DNA from: Bugula neritina
Lineage: Eukaryota; Animalia; Bryozoa
Direction: 5' to 3'
Assembly: GCA_964035545.1 (NCBI GenBank)
Contig: CAXIUT010000185.1
Span: 1-40,670, forward strand
DNA: 40,670 nt
A program made the translations under genes and the position numbers. Below, piece by piece: positions 15,401 to 29,851 of the stretch. The notes beneath the pieces are model-generated. The model was not told where the DNA came from. It saw only the letters and a list, made by a program, of their open reading frames with translations, and searched no databases. How positions within the stretch are numbered: position 1 is the first letter of the stretch; each line of letters begins with the position of its first letter.

Positions 15401-15588
15401 CAATCTCAAATAAACTTTATTAGAATACCTAAATAATGATCTATTCTTCTAAAATTATAAACTTTTTCTAAACTTTATCCTTATACTCTCCAGAGTGTAT
15501 TGATATTGTAGTCTCTTAAAGATAATCATCAAAGTAGAAAAGATTGAAAATAAATCGGTTTTGTAACTTATATAAAATCATAATTAGA

Positions 15589-15873
15589 ATGTAAAAGCGA
15601 GCATAAAAATGGGGAGTTAAAGCTCTCTACTCAGAAATGGAAGCAGAAGTCGAATATGAAGCAAAACATGTCATTAACCATGCCTTTGAAAACAGATCTA
15701 ATGAACAGGAAATGGCCGAATAAATTAAAAAATATATGGATAAAAAGTTTTTTGGAGGATGGTTAGCTATTTGCGGAAGAAACTTTGGACTAGATGTGAC
15801 TCATTAAGAAGGTAGCTTTCTCAGAGCATCCAAAGGACCTCTTCAGTTCATCATCTTTCGGTGTTCTAATTGA
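15589..15873 (+). CDS. Dynein light chain type 1 (LC8-like) family protein, 94 aa
   Basis: EQEMAEEIKKYMDKKFFGGWLAICGRNFGLDVTHEEGSF matches the LC8 signature. Confidence 0.9.
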
Positions 15874-16056
15874 TCATATTTGCCTTCTAATCAACAGCAT
15901 CATCTTCACAATCATCGATATCTCTCTTTAAATATCAATACTTATCATATTAATGATAGTCATGATATGATGCTAAAGGCGATATAAAAAGAGAAAAAAT
16001 GAATAATTATCTTTAATATCAAAAAATCAAATTAATATTTAATTGAGTTGACCTTC

Positions 16057-18911
16057 ATGTCTGTTTTTTCTTTAACAAAAACTATTCTCAATAGTTACTC
16101 TCAATCTTCAATTGCTTCCAACCACTTTTGCAATTTGGAAAGCATTGAGTCTCCAACTCTCAACCTAACTCTTCATCAATACTCTCATCTCAAAACTAAA
16201 GCAAGAATTTATCATTTCCAAAATGAAGATCAATAAAAATCATTTGCTTCTATCATTAAAACATTGGTCTAAAATAATAAAGGTTGCCCTCATATTTTGG
16301 AACATTTGGCTTGTTGTGGAAGTAAAAAATATCCCATTCGAGATCCCTTCTTCAACATGATCAAACGTTCAGTTAACAGCTATATGAACGCCTGGACTGG
16401 AGATGATTTCACTGCTTATCCTTTCGCCTCAGCTAACCTTAAAGACTGGAATAACCTTTATCAAGTCTATCTAGATATGTCCTTGAATCCTATTCTCAAT
16501 AAACTAGATTTCAGACAAGAAGGATGGAGGTTTGAGATAGACTAAACAGGAAAGAAACAACTCAAAGGAATAGTTTTAAATTAGATGAAAGGAGCTTATC
16601 AAGATTCAGATCGACAACTTATGATGGCTATTAACTCTTAACTCCTCAGAAAAACACCTTTTTCATTTGATTCTGGAGGTAATCCTGAATAGATAGTTTA
16701 ACTAAAATATTCTGAATTGAAAAAAATGTTCTAACACTACTACAATCCTTCTAATATGTCTTTTTACTTTTATGGAAAAGGAAGTATCTAAAATGAACTT
16801 TCTATCCTCCACAAATAGTATCTCAATAATTATGATGATAGAAGTCAAAATTATCAAACAGCTTTTACACCTGCTCCAGTTATAAATCATTTCAAAGATA
16901 TAGTGACTTATTCTTCATAGTGTAATAATATTTCCATTAATTTCCTTTTAGGATAAACTGAATCCATTCCTCCCTTAGACCTCATGACACTAAAATTATT
17001 TAGTTATTTACTTCTATAAAAAAGTAATGCTCTTGTTTATAAAAAATTTATTTAAGCTGATATTGCTCAAAACATTGGGTTTTCTGGATTAAATTAAGGA
17101 AAATATACTGCTTTTACAGTCACTCTCAAAGGAATATATCCAAACTATTCTCCAGAAGAGTTCAATTCTCAATTCAGAGAGATTCTGTTCGAATTAATCG
17201 ACAAAGGTATTGATATGGAAAGAGTAAAATAATTTTTTCATCAATTTTAGATCAAAGTTAAGACTCCAAGACAAACCAATGGAATAAAATTGCTCGAATA
17301 ATCAATATCTATAATGAACCATCGAATGAACTTCCAATCCTTTCTAAATCCTTCTCCAATCATCCAATCAGTCCTCTAGAGTATATAAAAACCTTAATTT
17401 ATTCAGAAAATTATTAAAAAGTATTTATTGAAGAATGAACATTTTGTAGTAATTAGACAAATAATGGCATAAAAGTATTAAAAAAGAAGAGAAATATAAT
17501 CTTCAATATAAGTATCAGAAGAAATAATTATAAATAATCAATAAAAACTTAAAAAAAGACAGTTATAAACTCAAAATGTTTCCATCTTGCCATCCCTTGT
17601 AATTTCTGACCTCATTAAACCCAACAGAAAGCAACCACTCTTAGTTGAAACCATAAATAAAAATAATAAATCATATCGACAATATCATATTAAAATAACA
17701 TAAGATATCAACTTCTACAGACTTGTTTTTGATTTCTAAACAATCAATGATATTTTTAAGGAAAAAGTAATGCTCTGGATTTATACTATTAATAATACAA
17801 TTTCAACCAATGACATCCCTTACAATTAAATGGCAAAACAACTTGCCCTTACAACCTCAGAATTTAATGTATGCTCTTCAATTGGAACATAAAACTAGTT
17901 CTACCTTATCTTTGAGTTCTCTTGTCTCAAATAAAATATATAAAAGGCTTTTAAACTCCTTTATTCTATTGTACTTTAACCTTTCTTTGAAAAATAACAC
18001 ACAAATAATGTCTTTAAAGGCTTTCAGAATGAAATTGTTGAAAGTCTCATCCAAAACCCAATGGATTAGTGTCTAGCTGAAGCAGCAAGTGGCATCACTT
18101 ACTCTGCTTATCTTAATAACTCTTTTCAACAAGTAAAAAATATACTAAATAGATCAAATATGCTCTCAGCTCCATTCGTTAAAAGGATATCGAATCTCTC
18201 TATCAAATAAACTTAGAGTTGCTCAAATGCTCGAAAGTTTCCCTAATTGAGCACTCCAACTCTTCTCATATCATAGCTCCTCCTCTCCTTACAGAACTGA
18301 TGAATTTAAAAGGCATCTCAATGTAACCTTCAAAATGGTCTCCTAACTTTTCTGATAAAGCAGTAACTCATTCATATCATGTTAACTTTTGCAGTCAACA
18401 GTTCAAAGGCCCTTTATTTTTATCAACAGACCAAGCTGTCATCAATTTATTTTTGTAACTGCTCCAACAGTAGTATCTCCACCCAAAAATTCGATAACAA
18501 GGAGGAGCCTATGGAACTTCAGCCAGATGGAAAAACTAAAATACTATTGCTCTAGCTTCATACTTGGATCCTAACCCAGTCGAAACATTCAATATATTTG
18601 AAGAAAGTATTGATCAGTTACTTTCTCGGAGGTCAATTGATGATGAAAAGCTGAGAGAAGTGAAAATAATGCAGCTAGGAAGTATAGATCGTGTAAAGAC
18701 TCCTCAAAACTAAGGAGTTAGTCAAGTGTTAAAAAAATATACATAGTAAAAATACTAGGAGTTCAGGTAAGTGATAAAAGTATCTTCTTTTTAAGATATA
18801 AAAGCAATAGGGTGTAAATACCTATCAAATCAGAAGGGTAGTCGTTGCATATTCGGTCCTAATAGTCCTCCTCTTTTCAAAGAAGAGAAGATAAAAGATA
18901 TTTTAGAATGA
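16057..18911 (+). CDS. PITRM1: Presequence protease (M16C, PITRM1/Cym1-like), 20-nt intron 18133-18152
   Basis: GCPHILEHLACCGSKKYPIRDPFFNMIKRS..MNAWT (inverted HxxEH), FRQEGWR, GIVLNEMKG, YLHPKIREQGGAYG, SYLDPN. Confidence 0.92.
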
Positions 18912-19322
18912 GTGATATCTATGAATATTTTATACTTGAAAATAGCAGATTGAATAAATGAATAAACAGATAGAAACAGATAGTGTTACAATGAAGTTAT
19001 TGGACCCATAAGTGAAAGGAGTAAGGATTATTTGGGTTTAATATAGAAGGACATAAGTATAGGTAGTGTCAATAGGCTCAGGCTTTGCATCAATTCTTGG
19101 TCTGTTATCATTGACGCAAAAACATAAGATTGAAGTAAAGATTTTAAAATTCATTATAATATCTTGATCAAACAATCTCATACTTCTTTTCTTTTCTTAA
19201 AATAGGATCTCGATAACTGTCTTATAAATCATCTTCTATCAGTCTGAATATTAGTGTTTGGAATTATTCTTTTATAAGGCAGTTGATTGATAAGATATGT
19301 TGTTTATTTAAAATAAGTTTAA

Positions 19323-21997
19323 ATGGCACTCGTTCAAGAAAGAGCAGAAAGCCGTAGTTAAGTCATCCAAAAACAGTCAGTCTTCTATGACTTCCATATT
19401 GCTCTCCAAAAAGGAGAAGTATATTCAGGATATGCTTAAATCACTTTCCAACTCTTGAGTATCTCTCCAGAACTTGTCCTTGACTTTAAAGGAAAATAAG
19501 TCACCAAACTAGTCCAAAATGGACAATCAGTTTAAGTCAAAGTGGTTGATGGCTTTATCATCCTTGATCTAGCTCAACTGAAAGTTGGATCAAACAGTAT
19601 TGGAGTTCACTATTCTAATAATTATGACAATGATGGAAGTGGTTGTGTCAGCTTTGTTGATATTGATGCCAAACAGTACATTTATACTCAATTTGAACCT
19701 TATTTCGCTAACAGAGTTTTTCCATGTTTTGATCAGCCTGACCTCAAAGCTAAAATGAGACTTTCAGTTGTTAGTCCTGCTGATTGGAAAAAAGTACTTT
19801 CAAATGAATATGCAACTATTGAAAAAGAATTTAATTGTGAAGAGTATCTTAAAGGAACAAAAACTGTCTTTTAGACTGAAGTTCAGTCTTTTTTAAAAGA
19901 CAAAGCTGGAATAATGACCATCTTCCCCGAGACAAAACTTCTACCAACATATCTGTTCTGCTTTATTGCAGGATAGTACCTTGAACTAAAATTGGAATAA
20001 GAAAAGCTCTATAAAGTAAAAATCTATTTATTTAGAAAATACCTATGTCTTTATATTGCATATAATCCCTCTATGATCATATGAAAAATTTAGCAGATTT
20101 TATTTTCTAGATAACAGTTGAAGCAATGAGATTTTACTAAAGTTTCTTCAACTATCCATTTCCCTTCAATAAGTATGACCAGGTATTTGCTCATGAGTAT
20201 AAGTGGGGAGCAATGGAAAACGCAGGTATAGTCACTTTCAACGATCTATATATCTTCAAATAAAAAGTCTCCACTGAAAGACTACTCAGTTTTGCCAATA
20301 CTATCACTCATGAACTTTCTCATCACTGGTTTGGAAACTTGGTTACTATGAAATGGTGGGATGATCTTTGGCTAAATGAAAGCTTTGCTGACTTCATCTC
20401 TCACTTTTGCCTTTAAAAAATTAAAAATAATGTGAAAACTCTTAACTATGAATCTGCTATGGCGTCATTTTTACAAAGAAAAGGATGGGGATATCATGAA
20501 GATATGATGATCACTACTCACCCTATCAGAGGAAAAGTTGCTAATACCAGCGTAGCTGATTCTATTTTCGATGGAATTACTTATTCCAAAGGAGCATCAA
20601 CTATGAAACAACTCCTCTACCTCATGAAATAGTAAAATTTTGGAAAAGCTCTCTGTGAATATTTTCATAAATATTAATGGAATAATGCTACAATTGAAGA
20701 CTTCTTAGGATACATGCAAAAGTATTTTACCATCAAAGAGTTTACTCTCAATCAATGGAAAGAACTCTGGCTCGAAAAAGCCTCTCTTAATCTTATAGAA
20801 TCCTAATGGGATCCTAAAAATCAAAGCTAAAATGCTAAAATGGTTATTAAACAAACAGTTTACACTCCAGATCACCCCACTCTTAGATTACACAAGATAA
20901 AAGTAGGAATGTTTCTTTAAAACTTGTAAGTTGACTAGTTAGAAGTGTTGGTTCTTCCACAACAAGAGACAGTAGTCTAGTATAATGGTTCTCGAAACTA
21001 CAAAGGAATCCTTCTTAACTTTTAAGACCATACTTTCGTTAAGAACATCATAGATCCAGTATCCCTGAATTTTTTCATCAAAAATATTAACTCAATTAAA
21101 GATATTCTTAGTCGTACTCTAATTTGGAGAAGTTTCTTTTAGATGATAAAAGATGCCAAAATGACTTCTCATAAGTTTGTAGAGGTAGTAACTACAGCTA
21201 TAGCTAAAGAACCTTCTGATAGTATCTTTGAGAGACAGTTTGATTTTGTGCATACATCCATCAACACATATACACCAGAAAAATTTAGAGAAGAACTTAA
21301 CAGTCAAATGTTTAAATTCACCTATTCCTTATTATCTTCTCTTGACAAAGAACAACAAAACAGACTGACTATCCTTAAAGGTAAACTTTTATCATTTGCT
21401 AAAACAGATGTCGAAAAATAAACTGTTCTTAGGTGGAAAGATAACCAATAATAATCTCTTAAAGGTATATAAATGACAGTTGGACAAAAGTGGAGTGCTG
21501 TTATCAAAGCCTTTACCCTGAAAAATCTTACTCTTGAACAAAAAGAAGCCCTCTTTACTGCACAACAAGCTCTAGATCCCTCAGATACAGCAAAAAAATA
21601 CAGACATACTTGTGATGGACTCAAAGCTACCGAAGAGGAGTTTTAAAAAATTTATTAAAGTTTCAGAGTGAGTGATAAAAAAGTTAGTGTTGCAGTGAAA
21701 TAATATATAGCAAGCGGATGGAATAACTCTCATCACAAATAAAGACTACTCAAATATAGAGCAAGATATTTCAAAGATGTCCAGGAGTTGATTACAGTAC
21801 TAGATGGAGATCATTTTGAATGTTTTTATGAGAATCTAGCACCAATTGATGATGATCTTGAGTCTCAAATTGTAGAGTTTTAGAAGATAAAGCTTCCTGA
21901 AGGCAAAGATAAAAACTCTAGAGACATTCTAAAGATGATCGACAACTTAAAAAGAAGAAACAAAGCCTATCAACTCTACAACAAAGCATCTCTCTGA
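19323..21997 (+). CDS. M1 family aminopeptidase N, 20-nt intron 20016-20035
   Basis: [53 protein letters not shown] (HExxH-18-E), [11 protein letters not shown]. Confidence 0.95.
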
Positions 21998-22185
21998 TGT
22001 TATCATCCAATCAATTCATAGTTTAAATCAACATTTTATTGAACCTATTTAGTATATTACTCAATTATTGCTTTATATCAGGTGTTCTATTATAATAATT
22101 ATATTTTTATCAACTTTACAACTCGATGAAATATAACTATGTTTTTTGATTATATAAATAATTTAAATCCCCTTAAGATAGACCA

Positions 22186-23238
22186 ATGCAGTTCTTGAAA
22201 GTGTTTGTCTGTGTCTTTTATGGATTGATTTCTATAGCTCAGACTCTTAACTCACGATTCCTTTTCCGCACCCTTCAGTTTAACTTCTACTCAGTGGTAC
22301 TGCTTTCCAACCTAGGTTTTCATGATCCAACGAATCTTCATTGTCTTCCTCAATCACAAAATGGGAAGAAGAACTCTCCTCACTCGCCAATAAATTCTCT
22401 ACATCTTACCATACTCCTTCATCATGTGCTCCATCAATATTCTATCTTCTTATTGTGTTACTGTCATGCCTTTAGCTGCCTTTATGGCTTTTAAAAAATT
22501 TGTAGTCTTCTTTGTCCTCATAGTTGGATTAGCAATGAATCTTTCAAACAATTTTAATAAAAATCATTATCTCTGCATCGCTTGCATTGTTATTGGAGGG
22601 CTGATGATAGGAGAGAGAGATATTTTTAGAGGGGAGTTTATTGGCTATGTATCATCTCTCGGCTATACTCTTTTTGAGGCTCTGTCTTTGCAATATTCTT
22701 TGCATTTATACTAAAAAGGAATTTCTGGCCCTCAAGGTACTGAAATATTAAACTAGATAGATCTGATGGTGGCTAATTCTATCCTGAGTCTACCCTACTA
22801 TGTTGTTCTTATCTGTTGGTAAAAATAATATGAAGGTCTTTATAACTATTTTCAAGGTTCTCTCAATCCTCTTCTACTACCTAGTCTTATATTGGCTATC
22901 CTCTTGGCTTTTTCTTCTGAATATACAGGTACTTTAGTGAGTATGCAGCTAATACTATAAGCATGAAGATATCTCCTTTTTAGAAGGCAAGTGTATCAAA
23001 CATAAAGGATTTGATCCTGACAGTTGTGTCAATTTATTACTTCAAAGATTTTTAAATGACTTTTATATCAGAAATAGGAGTGATTTTTTGTCTCTCTGCT
23101 TCAATGGTATTTTCTCTTACCCTGATATAAAAAGAACCTCAAGAAAAGACTTATCGAGAGATAGGACATGAAGCTCTTTAGTATCAAGCAGAGCAAGAAG
23201 GATAAATAGAGAGTCAAAACTTATAAACAAATATCTGA
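22186..23238 (+). CDS. Nucleotide-sugar/triose-phosphate transporter family (SLC35D-like) membrane protein, three 19-20-nt introns
   Basis: Multiple hydrophobic helices; TLNSRFLFRTLQFNF, VTVMPLAAFMAFKK, ISPFEKASVSNIKD. Confidence 0.7.
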
Positions 23239-23669
23239 TCCAGTTCAATCTTATCTCATAATTTAAATTATTTTTTATTCAAAGTAGGGATAAAAGCTGT
23301 AAAACTATAAAATTAAGTAATAAGTTTAAAGAAATAGTTGATTATTCTCTTTAAGACAAATATTTGAACTTTCCTGAAAGAAGAAACTTCTTTTTATTAT
23401 ATTGGATTTTATTTGATCTTAAATTATTAGTTTTTTTAAGAATTTAGTTTATCTAAGTAGCAGAGTTGTATTTGATTTAGATAATGAGAATATTCTCTAT
23501 TAAATATTGAAAAAGGCAGTTCATATCTTTCTGATAAGCTTTTTTTTTGTTGAAATAAAGTATTGTAGATGGTTTTAAAGATTGAATAAATGAGAAAATG
23601 ATTTATTGATAGAGTGATATATTGTGACTAGAAGTGTGGATTATATTTTATTGAAAGAACATATAGAAT

Positions 23670-24257
23670 ATGAGCCAACTGAATTTCTTGGGAGACTCTT
23701 TTCTCAAACTTCCATCCTACCCGAACCTCAATCACACTCTTCTCCTCATTGAAACACATCGCTGTGTTCCCTTCAATTCAGCTGTTAGTCTCTCCCAAAA
23801 CATTCCACCACAGAACTAATACCTTTAAGGAGATTCAGTTTCTATCTGTCTTCCAGCAGAAGAGGCAGAACAGGAAATCAACACATCTACATCTATCTCT
23901 AGGAAAAAGAAAACAGGTTGTACCTGCAAAAAGACTAAGTGTCTGAAGATGTACTGCGAATGTTTCAGATAAAATCGGCTATGCACATAGTAATGCAACT
24001 GCTGTGGATGTTCTAATATCCACAAGCATGAGGACAGCATTAACCGAGCTCGAGAAATGATAACCCATAAATTAAATGGAAGACAAGGGAAGGGATGCAA
24101 TTGTAAGAAGAGTCAATGTCAAAAGAAGTATTGCTAGTGTTTTAATGCGGGCGTTCTGTGTGGAGATAGTTGCAAGTGTGAGGAATGCGCGAATGGCATA
24201 TGTGGTTCAGGACATGAATCTGGAAGAAGCAAACTCGTCAGTGTGGAATAAGAATGA
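23670..24257 (+). CDS. Tesmin/TSO1-like CRC (two CXC) domain protein, 195 aa
   Basis: GCTCKKTKCLKMYCECF..CNCCGCSN and GCNCKKSQCQKKYCECF..CKCEECAN. Confidence 0.93.
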
Positions 24258-24401
24258 GCAGTTTGATTTATAAGAGTTATCACTATGTCTATTTATCAAT
24301 GTAGTAAGAATAGTTGGTTTGTTCCCAGATGGTATTGATGATACTTGTGTCGTATTTATGATTCGATAAAATAATTTTTGGCAATTTAATTCAATATATT
24401 A

Positions 24402-26029
24402 TCACTATTTCAGAGTTTAGGCCATCTAAATATTTGTAAAAAGTACTGATGATTAGAGATTCTATAGCTTTAAGATGGCTTCATCGATATATTTTTGAAA
24501 TAATTTCGGATCTACCTAAAATTCCTTGTAGTTTATATTCAAAGTATTATAGTGTTTATACATCTTACCCTATCTGTAGCTATCCTGCACCAACCTCTAC
24601 AATTCAACTATTTGCTATTCTTGCTCCTTCACTTGAAATCGAAGCACTTAATTCTGCCCTGTCATCGAATTGATCAACATCGCTTGTTCAACAGAAATAG
24701 CCTTCGTGTTTTTTCTCTCTTTTTATTTTTCTTGAAGCAAAGTTTATATTTTTTACTGTAAATTAACATTCTGATCCATAAGTTATCCCACTCGATTAAT
24801 AAACTATCTAAATTCTTCGTTGTGAAGTAAAACTTTGGTTTATTTAAGGTTGTTTAAGTATTCTTATATACCTATTCCAAGTTCATTTGATTCCTCTTTT
24901 GTTTTTGAGTTTAATTTTGATCTTACTTGCTCTAATTGATTTTATAAAGCAGTTATCTTTGTCTGGTAAATTTTACAATTAGCACATTCTCCTTTCTATC
25001 TTTTCTTAATCCATTCCAACTATTTCGAAATCGTTTCTATGTTAAACCATAACTACTTTATTCTTAGATCTTCTACTTCAACTCAACTGTCTCACTATTC
25101 AATTTAGTATTTTGTTATTAAAGTTCTTTAACTTTGTCTTATAAAATCTCTTTTATCTATAAACTCTCTTTTATTTATAAAACAATTTTGTTCTTATTCT
25201 ATGAACTATCTTTTTCCTTACTCTATAAACTTTCCTCCTCTTTAGTTATACTTTTTCTGGTAAACTTTTTTATCTAACTTGAGTTGCTTCTGATCTTAGT
25301 TGAATCAACATTTCTGACTTCTTTATTCATTTTAGGTGTCTAAAACACCTCTTTCTTCTTCATTTTATACATTTAGTGCTGCTTATCTTATATTTGATCT
25401 TGTCTTTTTGCTAATTACTCAATATAGTTAACCTTTTATTCCCACTCTTTTCTAATTCTTTAAAACCTACTATTAATCTATTCCTAAGTAGCCTTCATTA
25501 TTTTACTTATTTCCTCTCCTTCTCGATTTCTACTAGGTACTTCTCGACTCGTAGTTAGAAGAGGATAGTTGACTCTCAACTACTAATTTTATCTTTTTAA
25601 AAAATTATTGTTTTGTTCTGTCTATTCTACTATATTTTGTAGTCTTTTGATTTAAGTGATATAGATTTGAAACTTTTCTTCCTACTCCTTAAGGTTGTTT
25701 CGCTGATATTGCTGATTAGATCGACTATAAAGAAATTTCGTGGAGTTTATATCTTCCTGCATTTTTATTATTTCTCTCTTTAAAGCAGAATTTTCTCCCA
25801 ATAACACTCTGAACTCTTTCTATATCACTATATATTTATCTCGCCATTTGCTTACTTCTCCTCTCAAGTCATCAAAATTATCAGGAAGACTAATATTGGT
25901 AACTCTTTATTTTGTAAGAACTTATGCTAAAGGAGCAATAGTGTTAGAAATAATATTCTTATTGGATATATCTGGGCTAGGAGAACGCACAGGCTGTCTG
26001 TTAACTTTTCTACTTCCCTTTGGCCTCAT
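24402..26029 (-). CDS. Hypothetical coiled-coil protein
   Basis: ATG26029 (MRPKGSRKVNRQPVRSPSPD), E/K-rich frame, TGA 24404-24402; at least one intron implied by a frame change. Confidence 0.65.
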
Positions 26030-26186
26030 ACTTAAATATCAATAAAATTTATTAATTCAAAGAGACAGATTCTATTCACTTTGACCTCCTGCTCCTTAGT
26101 TCAATCACTGAAGATAAATTTCTAGTAGAATATTTCTCCTATTCGTGAAACGTTGCTATTATGTTATTATATTTAAACTATAAGGA

Positions 26187-29087
26187 ATGGCAGAATAGTT
26201 CGTCAACTGTCCCACTAACAAAAATATCAGTGACCACTTAGAAGTGCAACTTGTTGAACTCGACCTGAGACCTGTATCTACCCAAGACAAACAATAACTC
26301 ATGCTCATCCTGAACTCCTATCTCAGCTACCCAGACGACTAACTTGCTCAAAACCATCGTTTTGCCAATAAGCTCGGAATGTTAGACCTTTCAGCAGAAG
26401 AAAGAGTGAGAATATGTGAAAATACAGAAGTAGGACGTGTGAATAAAAGTCATATGAAATAGACTAAAATAATAAGAGCACACAGCTAAGTATTTTTCAT
26501 CATATTCAGACTTGCAGATGTTGTGGTTTTTTCGTCCAGTAAGAAGATATAAGTGCTTGTAATTCTAAGTTCAAAGATGTCAATCATTTAGGAACTGCTA
26601 CCAGAGTATTTTTCGATTCTTTCTTTAGCATAGGTATCCTCCTTGTAGTCATGATCTTGATTTACAGTGCTTTTGCATTTGGAACCAATATCTCAGTTGC
26701 AAAAAGTTCAAACTATCTGGGAGATTCAGGACTAGATTACCTTTCTATTTCTCTAGGATCTAAAAGCAAATATGAAACAGAGTAAAACACAAACAGATAA
26801 AACTAAGATGGATAAAATTACTACAAAATTTCTTCCTGGCTAGGAGTTCTTATGCTAGTTATCTGGGTATTCATATTTGGATGGATAAAAAAGCAAGCAT
26901 ACCATGCATAGAAAAGAAGATAAAAAAAACTAGGAGTTTCAGATTTTAGTATTGCTATTGAAAACATGCCCACAGGATTCTAGAGGGAATAGATAGAGGA
27001 GCAATTTAACTCATACCTAAAAGGCCTCAAATAAATGGATCTAGATAAGACAATAACTCTTGATAAAATAGAAGTTGTGAAATATAATGAAGGAAAACCC
27101 TTTTATTTTAATGAAGATTAGTTTTCTGATTCATAACTCACAGAACTACTAAAAAAATATGAATAACTAAAAGAAAGAATTATTTCTTTCGTACTTTAGT
27201 ACAAACAACATGGAAGATTTATAAGTTCTGCAGCAAATAGAACTCATACTTATAGCTAATTCAATTTAGTTATCTATAAAAAAGCATAAAAATATAAATA
27301 TATTGTCGATAAATTAAGACAGAAGTTACATGCCAAGTACTAGGAAGCTAGGACAGTCGTATTTGTTACCTTTCTCAACTATTAAATGCGACAACTCATT
27401 CTCTAAAATAATAAAAACAGCCTTTTCTATAAATTCAAACGTTTCATTCAATTTTGGAAATCTTCAGACTACTTCTCTGCCAGACGGGGGTAAGTAGCTT
27501 ATTAAGATATCTACATTGATAAACCACCTGAACCTGAAGATATTGAGTGGGGAAACCTAGGCCTAACTTCATGTCAAAAGTTTGCACGCTTCATATTCAC
27601 CATCTTTGTCACTCTAATCATGATTGGAATTTCTCTCGTCATAGTGTATGCCCTTTCCACAGTCCAAAAAGATAACACCAACAAAAGATTCATCTCTATA
27701 CTAATCTCACTAGCAATCAGTATCATCAACTTACTTATCATTAGTACAAATATTTTTATTCAGAGGTGATTCAAGTACTCACAGTCGTTTAAAAAGTCTA
27801 CTCCATGAACTACTACCAAATGAGTATAGCTATTAAGTCAATCATTGCTCAGTCCATCAACTCTATCTTTGTTCCTATCTTCGTGAACTACTACATCAAA
27901 GACCAAAATATATTCGGAGTTAGTGGACTAGCAGAAGATATTTTTATTTTAGCTGTTGCTAGTTCCTTCGTGCCTCCCCTTGTTCGCCTCATCGACCCTT
28001 GGAACATCTTCCTTGCCCTCAGATATAAGTATTATCATGATTAATGTAATTTTTATTTCATTTAGAACGACGTCTATATCTCACACAGTTCTAACTCAAC
28101 TAAAAAAGTTAAAAAATGCAGTTTTAAATAGGATTATAGTATATATATCTAGTTCATAACTTCATCTTCATCTGCTTCTTTGTCTCTCTTCAACCTATTA
28201 TTCCCTTATTCGCCATCATCAGTCTCTTCCTCATGTATTGGATTTAAAAATACTCTCTCTTCAACCGTTGTCAACGTCCAGTCCCAGGTCCAGATGTCAT
28301 CACCTCCAAAATACATCAAATTCTCTTCTTTGGTAGTGTCTCTTTTGCACTTGGCAACCTGACCTGGTCCTGGTTTCTTCCAGACTAAAGCTTTAGAAGT
28401 TCACTAGTACCTAATTTAGTTACCTTCGGGCTCTCTCTAATCATGTTCATCTTCCCATATGATTTCTTCATTTAAAAATAGCCCATCAGAGAAGTCAAAA
28501 ACTATCACTAAAAAAGAATTTACTTCCCATCTTAATACGACAGATTGAATCCTTCAACCAGTAAAGAAGCTATCGAATAGTACAGAATATTTTTGTTGAA
28601 AAAGAAACAATAACTCGAAGGAAAACAGGGATCTGATTTATAGAACTAACTCCTTAGAAACTTAGGCAATCAATCTCGTAACAATATCTATAAACCCAAC
28701 TACCTCAATAAATTTGGAACCAGTCAGTAAGATCTAGTCATTCAAGAACTTTTAAAAAACTAAAGCAGAAATGTCGTGAATCCTATTCAGCTACTAAATG
28801 CTTTGGTGCCTCGTTATTCATAAGTCAATATACGGCCGCAACTATCTGAACACAGAATTAGCAAATACCCAGGATCACAAGTAAACATGGGAGTTTCAAT
28901 GAAGAACATGTATGGATAGAACTCAAGTAAAGAACTAGCCATTCAAAACTAAATCAGAATGGAAGATCCTAATATACCTCATGATGACTTCAAAAATGTC
29001 TACAGTAGTAACCTACGCATCGATGGTATCTTGCAAATAGCAAGTAAAGTCTTACCAGAACCAAAAAATCATTAAAAAAAACAATGA
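26187..29087 (+). CDS. OSCA/TMEM63 (CSC1-like) mechanosensitive channel family protein, three 20-nt introns
   Basis: DFSIAIENMP, VVFVTF, PPEPEDIEWGNL and many TM helices; TGA 29085-29087. Confidence 0.8.
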
Positions 29088-29224
29088 TTCGCATTTTATT
29101 ATTATCTTTATAAATTCATTGCTTTTTAATGTTGATTTTGTTAGTGGAAATAAAATATTATACGATTTGATTCAAGTTTCGTTTCTTAATTCTCTTTCGA
29201 TTATATTATTTAAAATATCTAGGC

Positions 29225-29717
29225 ATGGAACCTGAACCAACTGATGACATACTTGGACCCAAAAGAAGAAACTATGAATTCTTACAGCTAGTAAGAGATA
29301 AAAACTATCCTGATGCCCTTCTCCTTGGTAAACTAAGTAATTATTTAATGAGTCAGTCCTCAAAGACGATCCTAATAACCCTTCAGTCAAAAAGTTTGTA
29401 GATTTCATATAAAAAAATGCAAAAAAGCGTAATATTTTATTGACTTAGTTGACGAGATGGCCAAAGAATAATAATAATATGAATCAGCTAATTCTGATGA
29501 CTCCTCTTCTGAAGAATAATAGAATGGAGAGGTAAACGGATAAGAGAAGTCATAGTCGTCATCTAGTGATAATAAAGAAGAGGAAGAAGAGGAAGAATAG
29601 TAAGAAAAACCAGAAAAGAAAGTAGAACTCAGCACTTGCACTCTTAACTCGATTCCTCATGTCTGTCCCAGACACCACAAACTAATTATAGAAGCAACCA
29701 AAGATGGAAAAATATGA
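29225..29717 (+). CDS. Small acidic protein, ERICH2 (glutamate-rich protein 2)-like, two 20-nt introns
   Basis: Spliced N-terminus EFLQLVRDKNYPDALLLGKLILKDDPNNPSVKKFVDFIEK followed by an E/D/S-rich tract; family call from recalled motif only. Confidence 0.55.
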
Positions 29718-29851
29718 TCTCCATCTTTTATCTTACATATTATCTACTAAAAATGATAACTGGTAAAAAATATTTAAAAATATTAAATTTAAATTGAAAT
29801 AATGATTGACTAATATTCTTTTTATTCGAATAGATGATTTACGAGGACAAA

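Noticed and set aside
23239-23669. ~80-codon minus-strand frame in a long intergenic gap
   Set aside because: Very AT-rich with no recognisable motif; such frames are expected by chance with TGA as the only stop.
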